64,000 bases of DNA from Octopus sinensis (taxonomy: Eukaryota), in contig NC_043008.1 in assembly GCF_006345805.1 (NCBI RefSeq), positions 64,604,001 through 64,668,000 of the forward strand, written 5' to 3'. Made by a program: the position numbers and the translations under genes. Within the stretch, counting starts at the first letter, position 1. Every line of letters begins with the position of its first letter. Below, piece by piece: positions 12,501 through 24,873 of the stretch. The notes under the pieces are model-generated. The model searched no databases. It had not been told where the DNA came from and saw only the letters and a list, made by a program, of their open reading frames with translations.

Positions 12501-13239
12501 GTTTTCCTTACGTTCAAAAGTTTTTGCTGTATGCATTGCCTTGAAAGCAACAAGAAGTGTAACTAATGATGTATGTGTAGTCCTACAGAATCACAGCAAA
12601 CTACTAAAAACCTGTGAATAGAATTTTCTCAAGAGGTACAATGTTTCTTGATGGATGTGAATTCCACTCTTCATTATTTCCAGAGATTTCAGGATATCCC
12701 AGGACCCATGTACGATGTTCTTCCTTCCCGCCCTTCTCATAAACCCTGTCGTGAAATCTATAGTTTTATTTTCTATTTCATGTTGTCTTTGTTTCTTTTT
12801 GTTGTTTTCCTTTAAAAGGAAGAATGAAGAACGTTATTAACGGTAAGAAATTGGAAAAAAGGTTTAGGCGTGTTATTACTGAAGACAGTGTATACAAGTA
12901 TATGTCATTCCAAACAGTTACTGAAATGTCCCTTGATCTTCTAGGAGCATTAATTTGTATTGTTGATCATTACGCTGTGTATTGATGGGAACAGAGACAC
13001 ATAGGCAGAGGTAGAGACAGACAGACAGACGGACGTACAAAATTTGAAACAGAAAGTGAAAGACGGTGAAGAAGTGAGGTGGGGGAAAGAAAGAGAGAAC
13101 CGATAGAATGGAGAACTTAAGAAATGAGACGAAAAACCAAAAACCAATTTGGAATGGATTTTATTTTGATCGGAAACTAAATTTCCTGTAAAACCGTAAC
13201 ACCACAAGCATACTCACCAATACCAATATTCCCAATAAC

Positions 13240-13323
13240 AACATCAACAACCAACACAATCAGCAACAACTACTACAAACATCGACGACAATAACAACAA
13301 CAACAACAACAACAACAATGATG

Positions 13324-13369
<46 letters not shown>

Positions 13370-13860
13370 GAAGAAGACGAAGAAGAAGACCAAGAAGTAG
13401 AAGAAGAAGAAGAAGAAGAAGAAGAAGAAGAAGAAGAAGAAGAAGAAGAAGAAGAAGAAGAAGAAGAAGAAGAAGAAGAAGAAGAAGAAGAAGAAGATGA
13501 ATATCACCATCACCACTGCCAGCACCACGACCCTCTGACACGACTTGCAGCAACAGGAACAAAAATGAAAACAATCTCACCTGCACCATTACCATTAAAA
13601 CCACCGCCATTAACGCCATAACCGCTAACAGCATCGCCATCAGCAGTGCAAACACCAGCAATAATAATAGAAACAGATACACTGCTACCTCTACCATCAG
13701 CAACAACAGCAGCAACAGTAACAAGAACACTGACGGAAGGAGGAGTAACAACTCTCAAAGACCGTTAATACTAACATCACCAACAACACCAGCTATATCA
13801 CCTTCACGAACACCAACAACCACCACCACCACCACCACCACCACCACCTCCACTAACACC

Positions 13861-13892
<32 letters not shown>

Positions 13893-13950
13893 CAACAAAA
13901 ACAATATAAACAACAATAACATAAAGTACACAACAGTAACAACATCAGCC
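13240..13950. repeat. Compound trinucleotide tract (AAC, AAT, long (GAA)n, CAC)
   Basis: Direct reading. Confidence 0.95.
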
Positions 13951-13956
13951 ACAAGG

Positions 13957-14883
13957 CTTTTATTTGTTTCAGTCATTTGACTGTGGCCTTGCTGGAGCAC
14001 CGCCTTCAGTCGATCAAATCAACCCCAGGACTTATTCTTTGTAAGCTTAGTACTTATTCTATCGGTCTCTTTTACCGAACCGCTAAGTTACGGGGGCGTA
14101 AACACACTAGCATCGGTTGTCAAGTGATGTTAGCGGGGGGGGGGGTCAAACACAGACACACAAACATATACGCACACATACACATATATATACATATACA
14201 CGACGGGTTTCTTTCAGTTTCCGTCAACCAAATCCACTCACAAGGCTTTGGCCGTCCCGAGGCTATGGAAGAAGACACTTGACCAAGGTGCCACGCAGTG
14301 GGACTGAACCCGGAACCATGTGGTTGGTAAGCAAGCTTCTTTATTTCATTAAATTTGTCATAAAGACAGTACATAGATTAGGTAGCTTGCGGGCTGGACA
14401 ATACATTAATGAAATGAATGATAATGATGTAAGGATGATAAGGATGGGAGAAGACAGAAAGTGCCCGCCGACCTTCTGCTTCTCTATAACATTGTTCTTT
14501 AATAAATCATTACATAAGGCAATGAACCTCTTACAAAAATGACAACAATATTAATATAAAATTTACATATTTCGGCACTAAGCCTATTCTTCTTCGCCTC
14601 CGACCAGGCTGTGAGCTGCCCATAGGTACTGCCCCGGATCCCGGTCGGGGTCCCAAAACACGATTCTGAACAAGTCCTTCGTAATTGAGCCCACCACCAT
14701 GGACATGTTGGCGAAGACCAACTCCTGCCTCCGGTCCAGGCTAAGGGCCACCCCCCCGTCAAGCCTCGCTTCCTTAGGAAGCTTTCTATCGTCCCTCCCT
14801 TCAGAAAGCATATGACAAACTCATCTTCCCTCCTTCTGGGATGGGAGTAAGCAAACTACTTACCACACAGCCACTCCTGCGCC
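13957..14883 (-). mobile_element. SINE family A split by a 509-bp insertion (SINE parts 13957-14337 and 14847-14883)
   Basis: Family A consensus is followed to GTAAGCAAGCT (14327-14337) and resumes at GTAAGCAAACTACTTACCACACAGCC (from 14847). Confidence 0.9.
14338..14846 (-). mobile_element. 5'-truncated non-LTR retrotransposon 3' end, probably L1/Tx1 clade, with an 11-bp TSD
   Basis: GC-rich coding-like end (...RRQELVFANMSM...FRIVFWDPDRDPGQYLW...) resembling the L1/Tx1 ORF2 C-terminal RNxxVF...W pattern, then a 3' UTR ending AATAAAGA. Flanked by GTAAGCAA(G/A)CT. The clade call is inference. Confidence 0.6.
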
Positions 14884-15269
14884 CAACACAAAACTAACAA
14901 CGACAACAACAGCAGCAGCAACAACAACAACAAAGAATACATATCAAAATCAACTGCAACAGCAGCAGCTGCAATATGATGAACAGTAACAACTGCAATA
15001 GAAGCAACAACACCAGAAGTGGTCACAACTAAAACAGGAGCAATAAGAACAATAACAATGCCAACACCCATAACAACAACGACAGCAGCAACAATAATAG
15101 TAAGAACAGCAACAGCAACATCAGCAACAACGATATTAACAACAAAAGCAACAAAAACTGCGGGGGAAACAAAAGCAGCATCAGCAACACCACCAACGAC
15201 AATAACTACGGCACCAATAACAATGACAAGCATAATAACAGCAGCAGCAATATCGTTGATGGAAATATT

Positions 15270-15855
15270 GGTTTCAAATTTTGGTGCAATGCCAGCAAGT
15301 TCGTAGTAGGGGCTAAGTCGATTACATCGACCCCACTACTCAACTGGTACTTTAATTTTATCGATCGCAAAAGGATAAAAAGCTAAGCTGACATCGGCGG
15401 AATATGAACTCAGAATGTAAAGACGGAGAAAATACCTATTTCTTTACTACCCACAAGGGGCTAAACAGAGAGAGGACAAACAATGACAGACAAACGGATT
15501 AAATCGATTATATCGATCCCAGTGCGTAACTGGTACTTATTTAATCAACTCCGAAAGGATGAAAGGCAAAGTCGACGACCTCGGCGGAATTTGAACTCAG
15601 AATGTAACGACAGACGAAATACCTATTTCTTTACTACCCACAAGGGGCTAAACACAGAGAGGACAAACAAGGAGAGACAAACGGATTAAGTCGATTATAT
15701 CGACCCCAGTGCGTAACTGGTACTTATTTAATCGACCCCGAAAGCTTGAAAGGCAAAGTCGACCTCGGCGGAATTTGAACTCAGAACGTAACGGCAGACG
15801 AAATACCGCTAAGCATTTCGCCCGGCGTGCTAACGATTCTGCCAGCTCTCCACCT
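15270..15855 (-). mobile_element. Composite SINE: head, two family B units, then an older family C body and tail
   Basis: AATACC (GGTATT on minus) at 15431, 15618 and 15802 separates the units. The last unit is diverged and ends ...CTTGCTGGCATTGCACCAAAATTTGAAACC, not the family B tail. Confidence 0.85.
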
Positions 15856-15859
15856 GCGG

Positions 15860-15934
<75 letters not shown>
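15860..15934. repeat. (CTA)n microsatellite
   Basis: Direct reading. Confidence 0.95.
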
Positions 15935-15979
15935 GCCGTCCTCTCTTCATAGTTCTGTGAGCCCCGAAGGTGGCATTGA

Positions 15980-16720
15980 AATACTCCTCTGACATGATAT
16001 TCACCCCCAACACAACAGCACTACAAGGAACATGAAGTATACCACAAGAATTATTTTCACCTTTCCCCTCTCTCACGATAATCAACATGTACTCCAATTA
16101 TATCATACTCGCTACCATTACCAAAACGATGATGAGCATATTATATACTCCACTAACATTATACTTACCACGAACAACCACTAGGCAGTACGTCGATAAC
16201 TGTTAAATGTGTCAATAAATATGATACTCCTTACCATGATCACAATTTCAATAATCACCAATAAGATGATACTCTTCGTCACACAATAATCCTTAAGTAC
16301 TCTTATAAAAAGCATTCTACCACAAGCCTCATCACAAATAACATAAAGTACTCTTATAGCTTGATACTCCTCACGATCACTATCACAATATCAATTACGT
16401 ACTCTAATAATTTTATACTCTCTAGCACAACCTCAACCACAAGTGACCATTAAGTATTTGTGCAACATCATACTCATTACTGGAAGATATGTCACAACGA
16501 CCAGCAAGTTTCTCTATGACATGGTATTTCCTAACAGAACTTCTATCCTAATGACCAATAAGTATTCCTACATGATACTCACTACATGAAACGCTATCAC
16601 AATGACAAGCAAGCCTCCAAGCACAACTGCCATTCTAATGACCCTTAAGTACACCCATTCCATAATACTCACCAATACCACCACTACTACTATGAGGACT
16701 GTGATCATACAATCTTCACC
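15980..16720. repeat. Old degenerate minisatellite, ~51-54-bp period
   Basis: Recurrent AAGTA(C/T)TC...(C)ATGATACTC...CACAATGACCA pattern. Confidence 0.6.
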
Positions 16721-17729
16721 ATCAACATGTTTTTTCATTGACGCCATTAATTCTCTACCAATGCCAACGTTCCTATATTAATACGCTGCATCACCAATAC
16801 TACCATCACCATGACCACCAACCCACCAGTATATGCTGCTATCACCAACAACTTCGTAAACATCATTTATTAACCCACTCGTGTATTTAGCACCATCGCC
16901 AACGCTCTTTTAGTAATGACCGCCAACCCATTCCTGTTCGGCCACTGTCACCAACACCGTCTCGAACAACATCAATTCCGCTCCTAGCACAAATATCGAC
17001 ACTACCAGAATAGAAATCTACTAACACACTAAATACTGATGCTACTAACCCCTACCACTACCACAACTCTAAAGCCACCACCACCACCACCACCACAACA
17101 ACAACAACAACAATAAAACAACAACATTAACAACAACTGCTGTAGCTAACAACAAAAACATGGACAAGATCATCTCAACCACGATGGTATTGAGAATTAG
17201 AAGCTTAACGTAAGCAAAAACATCTGAAAAGTTGCATGCTATTTTATCAAAGGCCGTGATGTCACAAACAGGAAGTCTGTTGAAAACGGAAGGAAACGGA
17301 CGAGAAGAAAATTGTTGGGTCTGCTCGTGTGAAGTAAATTTTGAGTCATTCAGAAGATTAACGTTGCCAATATTAGCCATTCTTCATCAGTTACAAGAAA
17401 TAAAAAGAAAAAAACAACTTTTTAACAAGTTTCTTTTGCTTTTAATTTATTTATTCTTTTTATTAATTTTGAATAAAGAAATAACATCGCCAATTTAGTC
17501 TATTTCCAGCAAGTTTGAATAACTCTTGGTTAAAATTCATCGTTTCTTATAGTCGATCTCCCACAAATAATTGATTCGTTGAAATACTAAAGAAAATTTT
17601 AATGATCTTGTCCTCGCACCTCGAACATCCCCTTCCAAACCATAGTTTGTAGCGGATTTTAAACCAACCTTGTATACCCACAATGTTATACTTGATTTAG
17701 TTTATGATATAAGCGCATACAATTTTGAC

Positions 17730-18050
17730 TACCGTAAATCCTCGAGTATAATCCGCATTTTTTTCCCAAAATTTAAAGATCAAAATCCCTAGTGCGTACT
17801 ATATACGTGGTTAAAAATGAAAATTATTTTCTAAGCAATGTTCGAGTCTCCATTTGCTGTCCGGCAATGTTTATTCAGACGCATTTTGTGATATCGGGCG
17901 CGAAAATACTTTAAACTAAGCCTGAAATCAATGAAGCCATAATTGAATCATCCATAACTTGCAATAAAACGTCCCACCAAAATCTTATGTTTCAATCAGA
18001 TGGTACGAATAAAATTATTGTTATGCACATATGTATCGGCAAAAAAGTTT
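17730..18050 (+). mobile_element. Probable left end of a pogo/Tc1-mariner-type non-autonomous DNA transposon
   Basis: TA followed by CCGTAAATCCTCGAGTATAATCCGC resembles pogo-type TIRs. No matching right TIR found. Confidence 0.4.
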
Positions 18051-18141
18051 ATAAGGTTCTATATTTAAGAGATGAGGAATTATGTACATTATTTACATTA
18101 TTTACAATTGACGGATACTTGTCCTCATCTTGTTTGTTATT

Positions 18142-18187
18142 AACACAACGTTTCAGTTGATACACCCTTCAGCCTTCATCAGGTGTC
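18142..18187 (-). ncRNA. Minimal type I hammerhead ribozyme (stem II partly decayed)
   Basis: GACAC-CUGAUGA-A-GGCUG..CAACU-GAAA-CGUU-GUGUU. Stem I GACAC/GUGUU, ACGU palindromic stem III, predicted GUU cleavage triplet. Confidence 0.6.
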
Positions 18188-18222
18188 TTAGGAATGAGAA
18201 CCCAGATTCAAAATTTCCCCAA

Positions 18223-18268
18223 GACACCTGATGAAGCCTGGAGGGTATATCAGCCGAAACGTTGTGTT
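18223..18268 (+). ncRNA. Minimal type I hammerhead ribozyme (one stem II mismatch)
   Basis: GACAC-CUGAUGA-A-GCCUG-GAGGGUAUAU-CAGCC-GAAA-CGUU-GUGUU; all core nucleotides present. Confidence 0.7.
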
Positions 18269-18559
18269 AACAACAAACAAGATGGGGACAAATATCCGTC
18301 AATTGTAAATAATGTAAATTATGTAAAAAAGTTTATTGTTGGCCATGGGTGTTTCCTTCTGTTTTGTTTCGTTTATTTTTGTTTTGTTTTGCTTTTTGTA
18401 GTTGAAATAGGATTAATTAGTGACCGAGTGAGGTTATAATATGTATAAACATTTTCTGAGTGATTGAAAACATTATTCTTATGCTTATCAGCCACTTAAA
18501 TAGAAAGGTTTAAAATAATTTCGCTGTATCTTACATAGTAATATGTAGTAGCGAGGCTG

Positions 18560-19200
18560 GAAACCCTGGAAAAGAACAGCGTAACAAATTAGTCGAAGAA
18601 AATAGATCATATTCAAGATGGTTCATAAACGTTTCTTTTATGCTAGCGAGCAAATCTGCCATTGCGTGGATACGAGGGAAAGGTAATTATAAAAAGATTA
18701 TTGAATTATATTGCTGAAATAGAAAATGTTGTATCTAGAATTTCTTCCAAAGAAGAATGGAAGCATTTTTCGTGAAATTCAAGTAAAATTCAATACTCTA
18801 TTGTACTTGCAAATAATAGAGTAATTGTTAATATAATTCAAACTGAAGTTGAAAGTACACCATTTATTTCAGTACAAGCAGACGTAAAATGCTAGAGTGT
18901 AATGTATGCAGTTTTTGATTATTATCATCTGCTATGTAACTGAATGCAACATATATGAATAATTTTTAGAATTATGATTTAAGTGATGATAAAATTGCAC
19001 CGAAATTGACTGATATGATAGAAAATTACTTTAAATTATTAAACTCATTAGATTATGATGAATGTAAATTACAGCCAAATTTACGATAGAGCAGGAGGGA
19101 TATGAGCAAAAAGGGGGTATAAACAAAATTAAAGGTAAGTTGTTTAAATACAAAAGGTTTCTCTCATGGCTATATATATATGAATGCTGTGTAAACACTA
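18560..19200 (+). pseudogene. Decayed hAT-superfamily transposase (ZMYM1/DUF4371-like region)
   Basis: Frameshifted motifs LPLRG, GNYKKIIEL, IIQTEVESTPFISVQAD and SQIYDRAG occur in the expected order of hAT LPLRG...GNF...FSxxADE...GQxYDGA. Confidence 0.6.
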
Positions 19201-19793
19201 TAAAATAACCTAATGTATATGATATTTTATTAAGAATCTATGGAAAATCAGTCCATTACTGACAAAATATTTTTGAAAAAATTCAAGTGACGCATCACTA
19301 TCTTGAAATTGCTTTATGAACTGGATATTTCTGTGATATGTCTGAAACTAATGCAACCTCTGCTGACCATCTTTGGAAACGTCCACGCAAAAGCAAGTAG
19401 CTCCTCAACTTTGGGTAGAATTCGAACATCCTTAAGAATCACGATGTCATACAAATGGTGGCATCCAATGTTTCGTCGTTAAATCGAGATATTTAGATCG
19501 AGACACTTTACTATTACAAAAGTATATAACAAAAGACACTTTAGAATAACAAAACGAATTTCACAAGATATAATAGGAATTTGCTCGCATTACACGTTAA
19601 TGTACAAATGAATTGTATTCTTACATTTTAATATCCCTCCTATGTAAATATATTGCTTAATTTAGAGTACTATTGTTTTTTCAAATTATTTTACTACAGA
19701 AATTCTTTGAAATTAAGGAAGAATGGAGTTTTGTGTCTCTTCTTTAAGCACACACAACTCCATTACAGCTTGTAATATTTTATTTGTTAATTA

Positions 19794-20010
19794 AGGCGGC
19801 GAGCTGGCAGAAACGTTAGCACACCGGGCGAAATGTTAAGCGATATTACGTCTTTCTTTACGATCTGAGTTCAAATTCTGCCGAGGTTAACTTTGCCGTA
19901 CATCCTTTCGGGGTCGATAATTTAAGTACCAGTTGCGTACTAGGGTCTATCTAATCAACTGGCCCCCTCCCGCCAAAAGTTTGAACCTTGTGCCCAGAGT
20001 AGATAAGAAT
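19794..20010 (+). mobile_element. SINE with a B-type head and a different tail (family D), 17-bp TSD
   Basis: Head AGGCGGCGAGCTGGCAGAAACG. Flanks AATATTTT(A/G)TTTGTTAA at 19774-19790 and 20008-20024. Confidence 0.85.
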
Positions 20011-20973
20011 ATTTTGTTTGTTAAAAACATTCTTTAAAGTTATGCTTCATGCAAGAAACCGAAATGCCAAAATTTGTTTTCTTAGGTAAATATAAGACAC
20101 TACGTTTTATGAAATGCGTCAAATGTATAACCAGTCACACCCAATCTGAGGAATAGACGCTTTCGTTTCAAAGATTGTCTAGACTTATAAACATATCGGT
20201 CTACATATAATGCCCAGTTATTCTGCAATTCTGATGCGGACTCTGCTATCTTTTTACTCTTTCGTTTTTCTCTCTTTCTGTCTCTTATTTTTTTACCTCC
20301 TCTTCTCCCATTATTCTATCCTATTACTCTTTCGTTCTTATTCTTCTATCCCCTCCTCTCTTGTATTTTTCTCACTTATCCTATCACCAATTTTTTCCTC
20401 TCCCTTTCACAGTTCTCTGTCTGTCACTCTCTCTCCTTCACTCTTCCTTCCTTGCTCACGTGGCTCCCACGTGACGATTGGCCATCTTTCTTCTAACTTG
20501 TGTTTCTTTTTCTCCATTTTAGCTGGATCAAGGAAAACGTGTTCTTGTCTGTCTCCTGTCCTAGCTTGATTTACGCGTTTGACACCACAACTTCGTTTAG
20601 GCTTAGCAGCCCTTCCTGTTTGTTTTCACTGTCCTGTTTGTGTTACCATCTTTGACCCTTCACATAATCCCAATTTTTAAAAAAAATTGCTTTGCGGGAG
20701 CAACTGTTTTATCGAAAGCGTGTATTGTTGTTAAATACTCGAAATACGAGAGTGGTAAAACAGCCAACAACTGATGAAGGGTCGTTCTTTGTATTGTTTG
20801 TCTTGTTTTCCATTTGGGTCTTTCGTTATTCGAAAAAATAGTTCATAGTCTATGTACTCGTACTTCGTAATTTTTTGTTGTACACATTTCCCGTGCTGAC
20901 ATATGTATATATATATATATATATTATATATATATATATATATACATACATACATATATATATGTATATATAT

Positions 20974-21019
<46 letters not shown>

Positions 21020-22133
21020 ATATATACGTATAGATGTATGTACATATACGTATGTATATATATATACACACACGCACATATATATATACATATATATATT
21101 CATTATTTATATTATTATATAATTATATGATTGAACGCCTATTTTAAATCAACGAGTAATTAATTGGCAGATTTTCACATCTTTGCGACAGTCGGTTTAA
21201 AAAATACCATGCCTTTTTGTTTCAAACTTTCAGAAACTTAAAAAACACATTTTCCTCTTTGACCATGCACCATGTTTAACTGGTGTCGCTAAAGTGAAAC
21301 CCCCCAAAACAAAATCAAAAACTAAAACAAATGAATAGTGACATAGTATTAAAAGAAAAGAAAGTAATGAATAAAAGCGAAAAGCTAAATGTGTGTGTGT
21401 CTGTGTATCTGTGTGTGTGTGTGTTTGTGTGCAAATATATAATGAATGGTGGTCAGAATTTTGGATCAAACTGGCATTTCAGAGTGGTTGATAGGAATGC
21501 ATTTGCGCGTGCGTGTGTGTGTGTGTGTATGGGTATGTTTGTATGTATATGATTGCGTGTGTTGCCGTTTTGAATCCTTTTCTGCGATAGAACTTAAATT
21601 GACCCCTGGCTATTAAAGACCCAACTACACGCACACACATTTGTTTTACGTTTTGTACCCATTTGAACTGCGGCTATAAACCAGATAACGTGATCTTATA
21701 TTTTGAATTTTAAATTGTGAACTTTTTTAAATTATAAAATTACACCCCAGCTAAGATCACATCTTTTGGCTTTGGAAAACAGAATCTTTTCTTTCTCTTT
21801 CTATATTTTTTGTTAAGAATTTCTATTTTGGTCAGGATTTTTCAATATCCTGTATCAAGCAATGCTCAGAAGCATTTAAACAGAATTAAATTCATAGAGC
21901 ATAACAAAATCAAAAATATTAATTTTAATCGCAATGATGGAGAGGAGTAAACATTTTCCCTTTCCTAATACTAACAAGTGCATAGTAGGAAGGAGATTTG
22001 ACTGTTATTTCTAGCAAATTAAACAACCACACACTGAATACCACATTGGCTTATTTGTTGATGTGTACAAGAAAAAACTAAAGGAAAAACAGACACTCGC
22101 AAACACACACTCACACTCACTCACACACACACT

Positions 22134-22196
<63 letters not shown>

Positions 22197-23175
22197 GAAG
22201 AGCCTAGGCTCGAAACGTAAAAGACTTTCTCACCTTATGCAAGTATATGTACTAGCAGAAAGACCGCCCTCCGGGTGGTTTTCTACTGGCCGCTTGATAT
22301 TTTCCCATTTGATTCCTAATTCTAATAATTTATATATTTTACATCTAGTTATTTCTTTGTATAATAATGCTTACTTGCTTAGTAAATATTGCTTTCATTA
22401 TTTTATCAGAGTCATAATCTCTCTTTCTGAAAGAAACATCAAGTTCGTTCAACTGCATTTAGTGAGCAAAAACATTGCAGCGATGACATAGATATATTTT
22501 AATATCAATAGCGTAACAAATAGCCATAGCAACCAATTGACTGGCTAATTCTTAGAAAACAACGGAAGGGAAATAAGGCACATGATTTCGAAGCTTCAGC
22601 AAGTTTTGGTAAGTTGTCTAATATAATGTTTTCCAGTATGTATAAACAATGAACTGAGGGCAGCGAATTTAAGTTAACAAAATACCTGGTTTTCTCATCT
22701 GAAATAACAAATAAAACTTGAAATTAAGAAATTGCAATGAATATATATTAAGAAAATTATTATTCATGAAAACAATTAGAGGCGGGTGAGAGGGAATGAG
22801 AGATTGTTTTGCAATTTGCAAACAGCGAATTAAAACCTGAAATGAAAACATTGAAATGAATGTATATGAAATTATCATTAATGAAAATAGAGGCGACAAA
22901 GAGAGAGAGAGAGAGAGAGAGAATTTTACAAATGAATAATGTTGATTATCAAGCATTAAAATCTATTCCGTAGAGAATGCAATGAATATTTAAATTTGTG
23001 AAAAACTTGTAATTTAAATATTCAATAATCTTCAGAAATTAGCTGAAATTTCTTGTAACATGAATTCATAACAAAATATCAAGACGGTCAAGCCTTAAAT
23101 AATAGCTTTTACATATCTAATTAATAAGCAGCTTTCTCCATTATAATATCGATTCATACATATATGTATACGCAT

Positions 23176-23226
<51 letters not shown>

Positions 23227-23701
23227 ACACACACACACACACCTAATTCTCACACGTTTTTAATTTGGTAGCACTGGTTAATCCTTTCTTTATGTCCTCA
23301 GAAACTCAATGGTGTATTAGTAACTCTGATGATATCCCTCTTTAGTGCTGATCTCCTGGATTTTTCCAGAGAGAGAGAGAAATTTGGAAAGAGAAAACAA
23401 ACTGGGTGAAGAGAAGAACATATAGAGGACTGGTATTTTATCCACGTCGAATAATATTCGAAGTTGTTTTCGGTGGAATTTGAAATCAGATTGTAAGGAG
23501 CAAGAATTATTACCGAAAATTGCACCCTTGCTTTAATGCATTTGCCAAATGAAAATTAATGTTTTGGATGGCAACTAAGAAACACACATATTTTATACAT
23601 ACTCATTATGTAAATCAAAGCGGGTGTATTTAAAACAATGAAAATTTGCAAGATTAGGTTTTATTTCTTAACTTTAGAATTTATGTAAACATATAACCAG
23701 G

Positions 23702-23851
23702 AGGCACAGACGTGGCTTTGTGACAAGAAGCTTGCTTCCCAACCGCATGGTTCCAGGTTCAATCCCACTGTGTAGTACCTCTGTAATAGCCTCTAGCTGA
23801 ACAAAGCCTTGTGAGTGGATTTCGTAGACTGAAACTAAAGGAAGCCCTTCG

Positions 23852-23886
<35 letters not shown>

Positions 23887-24099
23887 GGATATATAAATTT
23901 GTGAGTTTTTGTGCTTGTGTTTGTCCTCAACCGCTACTAGACAACCGCTAATAATGTGTCTATGTCCCCGTAACGACACGGTTTGGCAAAAGGCTCCCAT
24001 AAAATAACTACTCGGCTACAAAAAAATAAGTCATGTGTCGATTTGCTCCACTAAAGTCTCTCCAACATGGCCGCTGTCAAATTCCTGAAACAAGTAAAA
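23702..24099 (+). mobile_element. Diverged SINE family A
   Basis: Colinear but mutated match to the family A head, core, microsatellite and tail. Confidence 0.8.
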
Positions 24100-24103
24100 T
24101 ATG

Positions 24104-24159
<56 letters not shown>

Positions 24160-24177
24160 ATAAAAAATATATATAAA

Positions 24178-24365
24178 AATACAAAATGGGACAAGAACGC
24201 AAAGCATTCAAATAGACGATACAAAAAACGGAAGGGTTATTCGAAGCCTCTAATCTTCAGTCAAGAACCGGATCATCCTAGCAATTTCGGCTGATTAATC
24301 TTGAGATTGCTCCGATCTGGCCAGCCCCAAGGAAAAACTAAGCTACGAGCATTAGATTTCTTGGA
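24178..24365 (-). mobile_element. Family I repeat (probable PLE 3' terminal region)
   Basis: Reverse complement of 59420-59620; same orientation as 9331-9447. Confidence 0.7.
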
Positions 24366-24832
24366 AAAGGATCGAATGTATAGTTGCACCTATATAACTA
24401 TCTCTAGTAATATAGGTACAACCCGGAGCCTTCAGTCACAATTAGTGACAACTGAAGTTTTCATTTTTGGTTTTATATTGTGTATAGCTGCTTTTGGTAT
24501 CTTATAATTTTCACATTAGCATTTTGCTGAGTCATCAATAAAATCATACGGTAAATATATATACTGACAGTCCGGGTTTACTCAAACCATGCAATAAAGG
24601 CCTAGTCACTACTGATGAACTTGTAATTTTCAAGTGAAACTAGACTAGCAAAGCGATCACGCTCGCTCGCTGTGAGACGGTTCTCTCCCCTGTCAGTATA
24701 TGAAAAATGTGCTTTCTAGCGGCTCTAATGGTTTTTAACTCTTATTTCTAGCAATATAGGTGCAACCCGGAACCCCTGTCACAATTAGTGAGAATTCAAT
24801 AGTTAGAACTGAATATATATACATATATGTGT

Positions 24833-24873
<41 letters not shown>

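Larger units (their letters stand above)
18056..18326. mobile_element. Palindromic (inverted) pair of PLE terminal repeats
   Basis: 18088-18192 is the reverse complement of 18218-18325. The same repeat flanks the PLE ORF at 59993-60158 and 61068-61150. Confidence 0.85.

Noticed and set aside
20745-20790. GAAA ... CTGATGAAGGG (and a related repeat near 50520-50560) as a type II hammerhead
   Set aside because: Stems I and III cannot be formed convincingly.
24255-24290. CUGAAGA/CUGAGGA ... GAAU in family I copies as a hammerhead
   Set aside because: It lacks canonical GAAA and has no stem I pairing.
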